DNA from: an uncultured bacterium
Lineage (GTDB): Bacteria > Patescibacteriota > Kazan-3B-28
DNA: 52,780 nucleotides
Assembly: GCA_963695435.1 (NCBI GenBank)
Contig: OY968788.1
Span: 1 to 52,780, forward strand
Reading direction: 5' to 3'
Of the stretch, positions 28,685 through 36,580 are shown piece after piece; position 1 is the first letter of the stretch; every line of letters begins with the position of its first letter. Under the pieces are notes generated by a model. The model was not told the DNA's origin, made no database searches, and saw only the letters and a program-made list of their open reading frames with translations. The translations under genes and the position numbers were made by a program.

Positions 28685-28768
28685 TTTGTCATCCTCGAGC
28701 CCCGACAAGTCGGGGCGAAGGATCTAAAGAATTATTCATAGATTCTTCACTTTGTTCAGAATGACAAA
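28685..28768. repeat. Compound inverted-repeat element filling the dnaN-recF spacer
   Basis: The left arm is tttgtcatcctcgagc[cccgacaagtcgggg]cgaaggatct (28685-28725). The right arm is agattcttcactttgttcagaatgacaaa (28740-28768). The termini tttgtcat/atgacaaa are perfect complements, and gaaggatct/agattcttc match 8/9. A nested GC hairpin lies at 28699-28716. Confidence 0.7.
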
Positions 28769-28777
28769 ACAACGACA

Positions 28778-29899
28778 ATGAGGATTACAAGAATCCAACT
28801 TCAGCAGTTTAGGAATCTGGAGCAGGTTGAGCTTGCGCCTAGTGAGGGTGTGAATGTTTTGCTTGGGAAAAACGCGCAGGGAAAAACAAATATATTGGAG
28901 GGGATATTTGCAGTTGCCGCAGGCGGTTCTTTTCGGGTGAGTAATGAAAGAGTGTTAGTGCAAAAAGGAAAAGACTTCGCGCGGGCGGAAGTAGATTTTT
29001 CTGATGGGCGAGGTGAGACGAAAAAGGGAGAAATGATTTGGATGATGGAGGGAGGATTTGTCCGCAAAACGGGGAAGTTGAACGGCGCGGCGGCGCAAAG
29101 AGCGGCGATGGTGGGACAAATGCCCGTGGTGCTTTTTTCGCCGGAGGATATTGATCTTATTAGGCTTTCTCCGCAAAAGAGAAGAAGGTTCGTGGACTTG
29201 CTGATAGCGAGATTTGATATGGAATATGGGCAGGACATTTCGGATTATTGGAAAATTTTACGACAAAGGAACCAACTGCTTTTGATGGTAAAGCAGGGTC
29301 GGAGCGAAGAAGCCGAGCTGGATGTTTGGGATGAAAAGTTGAGCGAAACTGGAAGCAGGATTGTGGCGAAGAGACAGAAAGTAATGGAAGAGGTCGGCGG
29401 TTTGGCAAATAAGTATTATCACGAATGGTTTGGGGAATTGGGGGATGAACTAAAAATTTCGTATGTTCCGAATTTGAATTTTGTAACACCAAAAATGTAT
29501 ATGGCGGGGCTTGGGGGAGCGCGGCAAATTGATATTGCGCGAGCGAATACAACCAAGGGAATTCATCGGGACGACCTGATGTTTATTTTAAACGGAAGTG
29601 ACATGCGGGCGGCGGCATCAAGAGGGGAGTTTAGAAGCGCGGTGATGGCGCTGAAATTAGCGGAGGCAGAGATCCTGAAAAGCAAAGTCGGCGAGTCGCC
29701 GGTTTATTTGTTGGACGATATTTTTTCCGAACTAGACGAGGAACGCAGAAAGAAGTTGGCGGATGCCCTAAAGGATGAGCAGGTGTTTATTACCACTAGC
29801 AATGAGACGGTTGGGGGCTTGTTTGAGAACCCCGCCGTGTTTGAGGTGGAGAAGGGAAGGGTTGACCCCGTAGAGAATTTTGGAACAATTCAGGCTTGA
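28778..29899 (+). CDS. recF: DNA replication and repair protein RecF
   Basis: It has Walker A GKNAQGKTNILEG and Walker B YLLDDIFSELD. It lies in the conserved dnaA-dnaN-recF order. Confidence 0.9.
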   Translation: MRITRIQLQQFRNLEQVELAPSEGVNVLLGKNAQGKTNILEGIFAVAAGGSFRVSNERVLVQKGKDFARAEVDFSDGRGETKKGEMIWMMEGGFVRKTGKLNGAAAQRAAMVGQMPVVLFSPEDIDLIRLSPQKRRRFVDLLIARFDMEYGQDISDYWKILRQRNQLLLMVKQGRSEEAELDVWDEKLSETGSRIVAKRQKVMEEVGGLANKYYHEWFGELGDELKISYVPNLNFVTPKMYMAGLGGARQIDIARANTTKGIHRDDLMFILNGSDMRAAASRGEFRSAVMALKLAEAEILKSKVGESPVYLLDDIFSELDEERRKKLADALKDEQVFITTSNETVGGLFENPAVFEVEKGRVDPVENFGTIQA

Positions 29900-30005
29900 G
29901 CAACCCCAACTAATATTGCCGGATAGATTATCAGGGTTTGGTTGGCTCATGCTTCTTTTGTGCTGTGCCCAAATTGGGGGTGCTCTTCCAAAATCTTCTA
30001 CGGGG

Positions 30006-30034
30006 TTGACAAAGTGGCTCTGGAAGCGTATAAA
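30006..30034 (+). promoter_or_regulatory. Near-consensus sigma70 promoter upstream of the hotdog-fold ORF
   Basis: TTGACA (30006-30011), a 17-nt spacer, then TATAAA (30029-30034). The ATG is at 30064. Confidence 0.6.
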
Positions 30035-30063
30035 TAGGATATCTTAAATATCGGGGTGTTTCG

Positions 30064-30507
30064 ATGTCGGCAAATGCTGCAGAGGCGGTGCCGGTGACGA
30101 ACCCGGCGAATGTACCTGAAATAATAGTTGGCAAGGTCTACGAACTGGAAATCAAGCCGATTTCCCAGGGGGAAATTGACGCCGCCAGTAGGTTGTTTCG
30201 CGATAATAACCCCGTCCACCCGAAAGGAGTGGTTCAGGAAGCGCTGCTTCAAGGGGTCATCGCTGGAGCGATTTACGGGTGGATCGATGGCTCTTCGCTT
30301 CGGGCTAGACATATTGTAAAACAGGAGACCCACGGGGTTTACCCGTCCAAAAACCGCACAGTCTTTCGCAACACGGCGGTGCAGCTGAAGGCGAAAGTGG
30401 TAGAACTAGAGCCCGGTCAGGTCAAGATAGAATTCGAGGTCTGTCGCCCGGCTGACGGTCTGGTACTCTACTGCGGATGGGTGAGAGGATCGGCTGCTAC
30501 GGTCTGA
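30064..30507 (+). CDS. Small hotdog-fold (MaoC dehydratase-like) protein, tentative
   Basis: The 147-aa protein has FRDNNPVHP, which resembles the D-x-N-P-x-H hydratase motif of MaoC-like proteins. The size fits a single hotdog domain. The gene looks somewhat GC-richer than its neighbours by eye. Confidence 0.4.
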   Translation: MSANAAEAVPVTNPANVPEIIVGKVYELEIKPISQGEIDAASRLFRDNNPVHPKGVVQEALLQGVIAGAIYGWIDGSSLRARHIVKQETHGVYPSKNRTVFRNTAVQLKAKVVELEPGQVKIEFEVCRPADGLVLYCGWVRGSAATV

Positions 30508-30519
30508 ACTACGCCAACT

Positions 30520-30556
30520 GAAGCGCTTCCTGCCCGAAAGGGTCGGAGGCGCTTTC
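30520..30556. terminator. Hairpin between convergent genes (candidate bidirectional terminator)
   Basis: gaagcgcttcctgccc, loop gaaa, then gggtcggaggcgctttc. The stem is about 15 bp including wobbles and one mismatch. Confidence 0.5.
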
Positions 30557-30560
30557 TCGT

Positions 30561-31427
30561 TTAAGGCTTCTGGCAGGAGGGGCAGAAGTGGGCGGAGCGA
30601 CCGTTGATTTTTATTCTCTTCACTGTTCCCTTGCAGGGGCGAGGGCAGGGTTTGCCAGTTTTGCGATAGACTTTGAGATGTTTTTGAAAAGTTCCAATAC
30701 CGCCATAAAGATCGAAGTAGTCGGAGTCGGAAGTGCCACGGTATTTCACGCCTAATTTAAGAACTTTCTTGATGGCACTATAAAGCGCTTTGGTTTGTGC
30801 GGGTTTTAGATTTTGGGTTTTGGTTAGGGGGTGGACTTTCGCTTCAAATAAAATCTCGTCACTATAAATATTTCCAATTCCTGCCAAAAATGTTTGGTCC
30901 ATCAAAACTACTTTTACACCTCCTTTTCTTTTTTTGAGTTGTTGGGTGAAAAGGGGTAGGGTGAATTCTTTGGGGAGGGGATCGATTCCCAGTTTTTTGA
31001 TGGGGTTATTCTTGGCGACATCAGCAGTGTTCAATAAATAGACTTTGCCGAAGAGGCGTAGGTCGGAGAAGTCCAAAATCCGATTTTTATCTAACAAAAA
31101 TTGTCCTCGAACAAAGCGGTCGGGTTCTTTCTTTTTGGTTTTGAGATTTATCACTTCGCCCTTTTCTTTTTTGGGATGGAGCAAAAGGCGTCCTGTCATC
31201 CCGAGGTGGAGGATTAGGGTACGCCCTCCCGAAAGTGAAAGGAGGATGTATTTTGCTCGCCGTTCAATTTTTTGGATTTTCCTTTTGGCGATGGTTTTTC
31301 TGAAAGAGGGGTAGGGAATTCCTTTGATTAGTTTTGGGCGGGAGAATTGGGCATCTAAAATAGTAGCTCCAACGAGGGCGCGTTTCAGTTCGTTGACGAT
31401 AGTTTCAACTTCGGGGAGTTCGGGCAT
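30561..31427 (-). CDS. mutM: Formamidopyrimidine-DNA glycosylase (Fpg/MutM)
   Basis: It has the N-terminal MPELPEVET and a C-terminal zinc finger CPRPC...CPSCQ. Confidence 0.9.
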   Translation of the reverse strand: MPELPEVETIVNELKRALVGATILDAQFSRPKLIKGIPYPSFRKTIAKRKIQKIERRAKYILLSLSGGRTLILHLGMTGRLLLHPKKEKGEVINLKTKKKEPDRFVRGQFLLDKNRILDFSDLRLFGKVYLLNTADVAKNNPIKKLGIDPLPKEFTLPLFTQQLKKRKGGVKVVLMDQTFLAGIGNIYSDEILFEAKVHPLTKTQNLKPAQTKALYSAIKKVLKLGVKYRGTSDSDYFDLYGGIGTFQKHLKVYRKTGKPCPRPCKGTVKRIKINGRSAHFCPSCQKP

Positions 31428-31489
31428 AAGGGCAATTAAAAATTAAGAATGAAAAATAAAAAATGGAAGACAGGGCAATTCAACAATAG

Positions 31490-32131
31490 TTAGGTGCCTC
31501 GTTTTGATGGGCTGTAAATATCTAAATACTCGAGAGCATTTATGAGAATCTTGTGTAGGGAGGCGTCTGTTATTTTGGGGTCTAGTGATTTTTTATGGGT
31601 GGTATCGTTTCTCCATCTGTTGAGTGTAGATAGGTCGGTGTATATCAAAAATGGTGCTAGGTTCTCTTTTGCAAATTTGATTTTTCCCTCAAAATTCCCA
31701 AACTCACAGAGCAGAGTATGTAGCTTGGCGTCGATAGACGACACCCTTGGTCTGCGGGATGTTTTTTTGATGTTTTTAGGGACAAAGGAGTTTGCAAGTT
31801 GATTAGCAATCCACCCATCCAAATACTGTTCTATAACGAAGTGAGTTAGAATGACGCGAGTTTTTAATAAAGCTTTTTTGTATAAGGTGGTGTGGGGTGC
31901 CTCCTCAATACTTTGTATAATTTTTTCAGTTTGGTGGATTCTGCTTTGGATAGTTTTTGGAGCGGACAGCTTTGAAGATAGGGGAAGCTTGTTAATTTTT
32001 TCTTTGACTTCTTCAGAAAGCTCGTCCCAACCCTTTTTATCTCCAATTCCAACTAACATTACTAAATGGTATAGTGCCGCAAGAGCTTTCTTGTTCTTAT
32101 TGATGATTCTAGTTTTGTTCAGGGGCTTCAT
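31490..32131 (-). CDS. Hypothetical all-helical protein with a candidate HEPN-type RNx3H motif
   Basis: The 213-aa protein has a helix-favouring composition. The single motif RWRNDTTHKK (R-N-x3-H) lies near the C-terminus. The start overlaps the polA stop by 4 nt. The gene is AT-richer than its neighbours by eye. No family was recognised with certainty. Confidence 0.35.
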   Translation of the reverse strand: MKPLNKTRIINKNKKALAALYHLVMLVGIGDKKGWDELSEEVKEKINKLPLSSKLSAPKTIQSRIHQTEKIIQSIEEAPHTTLYKKALLKTRVILTHFVIEQYLDGWIANQLANSFVPKNIKKTSRRPRVSSIDAKLHTLLCEFGNFEGKIKFAKENLAPFLIYTDLSTLNRWRNDTTHKKSLDPKITDASLHKILINALEYLDIYSPSKRGT

Positions 32132-34296
32132 TTTACAGTTTTGGTATCGCCCCAGTTTTCTCCAGACTCGACATCGACATGGATGGGGACATCTAGCTGA
32201 TAGACATTTTCCATTTTGTCTTTGACGAGATTTGCGACCTTTTTGACATCCTTGGTTGGCACTTCCAATACTAGTTCGTCGTGGACCTGCAAGAGCATTT
32301 GGCTCTTGGGGCTGATCTTCGGCAGTCCCTTGGCAACGGCGAGCATGGCGGCTTTCAGGAGGTCAGCGGCGGTGCCTTGGACAGGCATATTGATAGCGGC
32401 TCTGGCAGCACCAGCACGAACGGCGGGGATATGTGATTTGATTTCAGGAATGTAGCGACGCCTACCAAACAAACTTTCGACATAGCCGTTCTGTTTGGCG
32501 AAAGCGGCGGTATCATCCATATATTGTTTGATTTCGGGGTGAAGCTCGAAGTACTTGTGGATGTAGTTGGTCGCTTGATGGATAGTCATATTAGTACGGG
32601 CGGCAAGACCGTATGGCGAGACGCCGTAGATAATGCCGAAATTGATGACCTTGGCATTGCGACGCATTTCTTTGGTAACATCCGCGACTTTGACGCCGTT
32701 CACGGAAGCAGCGACTGCGGTGTGGATATCCTCGCCCTTGTTGAAAATGCGAATCATTCGTTCGTCATGAGCGAGCGAAGCGATAACGCGAAGTTCGATT
32801 TGAGAGTAGTCAGCGGAAATAAGGCGGAAGCCCTTTGGGGCAATAAACGCCTTGCGGACTTCAGCGCCAAGCTCCGAGCGAATTGGGATGTTTTGGAGGT
32901 TGGGATTTTTAGAAGAAAGTCTCCCTGTGGAAGTATCTTGTGCGTAAGTGGTGTGGATACGATTATTTTTATCTACCAATTTCGGTAGAGTTTCGAGGTA
33001 GGTGTTTTGGAGTTTGGTGAGCTGGCGGTATTCCAGAATGTGTTTGATGATGGGATGTTCGCGGTAGATTTTTTCAAGCTCGGCGACACCGGTGGAGTAA
33101 CCTTTTTGGGTTTTAGCGATATCTAAGGTAGAGATTTTGAGGTCTTTGAAAAGAAAGTCGGCGAGCTGGGCAGGGGAGCCGATGTTGAATTCCTCTTTGG
33201 AATATTTGTAGATATTTTTTTGGAGCTTTTGGATGCGCTCGGTGATTTGCTCGTTTAGTTTGTTTAGTAGTTTGATATCCAGCAAAATACCCGCTTTCTC
33301 CATCTTGCGGAGAATGGGGTCGAGTTTTTTATCGAGGTCTTTGGCGAGCTTGTTGTTCCCAGCGACAGTTTTTATTTTCTGTGGCTGGGTCTTACTAAAA
33401 AAAGACGGTTGCCCTCCCGCGGTCAGAGTGCCATTAGGGATTTTTTCGTAGAGAGTGCGGAATCCCATTCGGCGGAAGAACTCGGCAACACGGAATTTAT
33501 CAAAAGCAATTGCCTCGGCTTTTTCTAAATCCAGTTTGATGGGGATGGCGGTGTGAATAGTGGCTAGCCCCTGACTTTTGATGGCGTTCTTTTCGTCCTT
33601 CTTTAGTTTTTCGGCGACTGTTGGAGAAATCTTGTCCAAATTTTTGTAGATTTTTTCAATAGTGCCAAACTCCTGCAAAAGTTTCAGGGCAGTAATTTCG
33701 CCAATACCAGCAACACCGGGGATATTGTCGGAGGGGTCGCCCCGTAGTCCTTTGAAGTCGATAACTTGGTCGGGCTTGATGCCTTTTATTTTGAAAACTT
33801 CTTCGGGGGTGTAGGTGGTGATGTCGGAAAAACTTTTGCGGGGAGCGTAAACGAAAGTGTGATTGTTCACGAGCTGAAGCGCGTCCATATCGCCAGTGGC
33901 AATATATGTGTCGATGTCAGTTGGCGCTTGTTTGGCGAGGGTGCCGATAATGTCATCTGCCTCAAAGCCGTCTTTTAGAAAAGCGGGGATATTGAAACTT
34001 TCGAGCAGGGCTTGGACTTCGGGGATTTGGTCATAAAGTTCCTGTGGAGCTTTGATGCGAGTGGCTTTGTATTCGACATATTCTTTGTGGCGGAAGGTCG
34101 GTGCTTCAGTATCAAAAGCGACCACGATGTAGTCGGGCTTGAGTTTGGTGTAGATATTCAAAAGCATCACGGCAAACCCATACACAGCGCCAGAAGGCGC
34201 GCCACTAGGGGTCGTTAGCTCGGCACGGGAGAAGGCGTGAAATGCTCGATGAACGAGAGAGTTGCCGTCTATCAGAACTAGTCTCTTTTTTGCCAT
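32128..34296 (-). CDS. polA: DNA polymerase I (5'-3' exonuclease plus polymerase domains; no 3'-5' exonuclease domain)
   Basis: The N-terminal FEN-like domain has LIDGNSLVHRAFHA and FEADDIIGTLA. The polymerase motifs are DYSQIELRV, RRNAKVINFGIIYG and QVHDELV. Only about 35 residues link the 5' nuclease (ends ~285) to the polymerase thumb (~325). Confidence 0.9.
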   Translation of the reverse strand: MAKKRLVLIDGNSLVHRAFHAFSRAELTTPSGAPSGAVYGFAVMLLNIYTKLKPDYIVVAFDTEAPTFRHKEYVEYKATRIKAPQELYDQIPEVQALLESFNIPAFLKDGFEADDIIGTLAKQAPTDIDTYIATGDMDALQLVNNHTFVYAPRKSFSDITTYTPEEVFKIKGIKPDQVIDFKGLRGDPSDNIPGVAGIGEITALKLLQEFGTIEKIYKNLDKISPTVAEKLKKDEKNAIKSQGLATIHTAIPIKLDLEKAEAIAFDKFRVAEFFRRMGFRTLYEKIPNGTLTAGGQPSFFSKTQPQKIKTVAGNNKLAKDLDKKLDPILRKMEKAGILLDIKLLNKLNEQITERIQKLQKNIYKYSKEEFNIGSPAQLADFLFKDLKISTLDIAKTQKGYSTGVAELEKIYREHPIIKHILEYRQLTKLQNTYLETLPKLVDKNNRIHTTYAQDTSTGRLSSKNPNLQNIPIRSELGAEVRKAFIAPKGFRLISADYSQIELRVIASLAHDERMIRIFNKGEDIHTAVAASVNGVKVADVTKEMRRNAKVINFGIIYGVSPYGLAARTNMTIHQATNYIHKYFELHPEIKQYMDDTAAFAKQNGYVESLFGRRRYIPEIKSHIPAVRAGAARAAINMPVQGTAADLLKAAMLAVAKGLPKISPKSQMLLQVHDELVLEVPTKDVKKVANLVKDKMENVYQLDVPIHVDVESGENWGDTKTVK

Positions 34297-34307
34297 ATGT
34301 CTATTAT

Positions 34308-34332
34308 AAACCCCGACGCGAGGTCGGGGTTT
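34308..34332 (-). terminator. Intrinsic terminator hairpin downstream of the SIMPL gene
   Basis: aaaccccgac, loop gcgag, then gtcggggttt gives a perfect 10-bp stem. On the minus strand it is followed by TTTATAAT. Confidence 0.7.
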
Positions 34333-34352
34333 ATTTATTGATTTAAGCGGAA

Positions 34353-35192
34353 TTACCGAATCTGGTAGACGAGGGTGACATTTACTTGGATTGCCAGACT
34401 ACCCGGCTCGGTGTTAGCAGTTGAACTGCTACCACCAAGTCCCTTGATCCCACCAATGTCGTAGAGCGGGCCCGGGGTTTGGTTGTATTCGTTGACCGAA
34501 ATCAGTCTGCCCAAACGGAAGTTGCCATCTTCGGCCATTTGTTTGGCTTTGTCTTTGGCTTTCTTCATTGCTTCTTTGCGAGCTTCGGCGATTTTGTCAT
34601 CCTGCTTCTCGACAGTAAAGTTTAGTTGACCAACTTCATTGGCTCCCGCAGCAGTTACTGCACCCAAAACCGCGTCAGTCTTATTTAGATCGCGAATGGT
34701 AACTTCTAAACTGTGGCGACCGGTGTAACCGGTAATGCGAGTGCCGGTAGTGGATGAATAGGTCTGGTCAGGATAAATATTGTAATCAACAGTTTTGATG
34801 TCCGCTTCTTTTACACCCGCACCAAGAATGGCCGCGGTAATTTTGTCGGTGGATTCAGACAACTGGGTTTCGACAACGGCAACAGTTTTGCCGGTTTTCA
34901 TCGCGCCAACATTAACTTTGGCAATGTCAGGCGTGGCATAAACAGTAGCATCCGCGTTGACAGTGAGCCCTTCCATTTGGCCGCTGGTGGATGGGTGGTA
35001 ATTAAGGGCGAACCAACCTGCGCCGGCAAGAATAACTATCACTATAACCCCTGCTACCAATCCCATCCCTCTACCTCCTCGGGGAGGCATCATCATTGGT
35101 TTTGGAGAGATTGGAGGAGCCGGTGGAGGGGTAAAAGCGTTGCCTGGCTGTGGTGGCTGGACGGGATTGAGATTTTGGTCAAATTCAATCAT
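34353..35192 (-). CDS. SIMPL-domain (DUF541/BP26-like) protein with a Pro-rich N-terminus and membrane anchor
   Basis: A TM helix is followed by the pattern ATPDIAKVNVG...IKTVDYNIYP...LEVTIRDL...V, typical of SIMPL proteins as recalled. Confidence 0.65.
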   Translation of the reverse strand: MIEFDQNLNPVQPPQPGNAFTPPPAPPISPKPMMMPPRGGRGMGLVAGVIVIVILAGAGWFALNYHPSTSGQMEGLTVNADATVYATPDIAKVNVGAMKTGKTVAVVETQLSESTDKITAAILGAGVKEADIKTVDYNIYPDQTYSSTTGTRITGYTGRHSLEVTIRDLNKTDAVLGAVTAAGANEVGQLNFTVEKQDDKIAEARKEAMKKAKDKAKQMAEDGNFRLGRLISVNEYNQTPGPLYDIGGIKGLGGSSSTANTEPGSLAIQVNVTLVYQIR

Positions 35193-35240
35193 ATAGTTAG
35201 ACTTATAGTTTTATAGACAAATAGACTAATTGGGTTTTTG

Positions 35241-36578
35241 TTAGTGGTTTACTATTGAGTGTAACAGATTTTTGGCGACTTCCCGCTCGTCATAGGGGAT
35301 AAACCCTTTTTTGACCGCCATTTTGGTCTGGGCGCCCATCGCGAGGAGCATCACGGTGTCGCCAGGCTTGGCAAGCTGAAATGCTCTGGTCAAAGCGTCT
35401 TTGCGGATGGGCACAGTAAAGAGATTTACGCTTTCGCGGAAGCGGGGAGGAACCCCTTTTTTGATTGCTTCAATAATTTTGAGGGGATCTTCGGTACCGG
35501 GATCCTCTTCGGTAAGAATTATAATGTCGGAGTATTTGCCAGCGACTTCGCCCAAGCCGGGGCGTTTTAGTTTGTCCCGATCTCCGGCGGCTCCAAATAC
35601 GGTGATTAGTTTTCCGGTCGTGAATTCACGGGCAGTAGAAAGCGCTTGGGCAAAGCCGTCGGGGGTGTGAGCATAGTCCACGATTACAGCAAACGATTGG
35701 CCGGCATTGATTCGCTCCATCCGGCCTGGTACGCCGACAACTTTTTCTAAACCGCGTTTGATAATGTCCAAGGGAATATCCAAAGCCAATGCGGCGCTGG
35801 CGGCGGCTAAAGCATTTTGCACATTGAAGCGACCTGGCAGGTGCAGGCTGATGGTGGTGTTGCCGAGCGGAGTGGAGATTTCAAAATCGGTGCCGGATGC
35901 CCCAGCTTGAATAATTTTCGCGGTAACGGAATTGTCAGTAATGTTAGACCCTTCGAATTTATCAATGGAATAAAAATATTTTTTGTCGGTGCTTGGTTGG
36001 GCGAATATTGCGGCGGCCGGATCGTCAAAATTGATAACCGCTACTTTGGGGATATTCGGTTTGCGGCGGGATATAAAAAGTTTTTTGAAAAGCTTCAGCT
36101 TGGCGTCTCGGTAGTCTTCAAAGGTGGGATGAAAATCTAAGTGTTCGGGTGTTAGATTGGTGAAAACAGCGACATCATAATCGATGCCGGTGACCCGATG
36201 TTGGGCAAGGGCGTGAGAGGAAGTTTCCACGATGGCATACTGGCAACGGGCGGACGCCATTTGGCGAAGTAGACCCTGCAGCCGGAACGGGCTGAAGGTG
36301 GTCATCTTGGTTTCGTTGATCCAGCGCTTGTCGCCAACCCAAAAATTGACAGTGGTGGCGAGCCCGACTTTTTTGCCGGCCTCATCTAGAATATTGGCGA
36401 GTAGGTTACAGGTAGTGGTTTTGCCGTTGGTGCCGGTGATACCGATAACGGTCATTTTTTTAGCAGGGAACCCGGCAAAAAAGGCGGCGGAAACACCGCG
36501 AGTTTTGTGATAGGCATGATAAAGCGGGGAGGAAGGAGAAAAAGTCTTGCCTAGAATTTTCTTTAAAACTCTTTTCAT
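35241..36578 (-). CDS. murE: Mur ligase family protein (MurE-like, lacking the N-terminal domain)
   Basis: It has the P-loop GITGTNGKTTT and the C-terminal domain motif FGAAGDRDKLKRPGLGEVAGKYSDIIILTEEDP. Confidence 0.7.
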   Translation of the reverse strand: MKRVLKKILGKTFSPSSPLYHAYHKTRGVSAAFFAGFPAKKMTVIGITGTNGKTTTCNLLANILDEAGKKVGLATTVNFWVGDKRWINETKMTTFSPFRLQGLLRQMASARCQYAIVETSSHALAQHRVTGIDYDVAVFTNLTPEHLDFHPTFEDYRDAKLKLFKKLFISRRKPNIPKVAVINFDDPAAAIFAQPSTDKKYFYSIDKFEGSNITDNSVTAKIIQAGASGTDFEISTPLGNTTISLHLPGRFNVQNALAAASAALALDIPLDIIKRGLEKVVGVPGRMERINAGQSFAVIVDYAHTPDGFAQALSTAREFTTGKLITVFGAAGDRDKLKRPGLGEVAGKYSDIIILTEEDPGTEDPLKIIEAIKKGVPPRFRESVNLFTVPIRKDALTRAFQLAKPGDTVMLLAMGAQTKMAVKKGFIPYDEREVAKNLLHSIVNH

Positions 36579-36580
36579 AA

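Noticed and set aside
29931-30333. Minus-strand ORFs 29931..30134 and 29998..30333, considered as alternatives to the plus-strand hotdog ORF
   Set aside because: They overlap the promoter and 5' part of the plus-strand gene and have no start context. The plus-strand ORF has a consensus promoter, a terminator and a recognisable motif.
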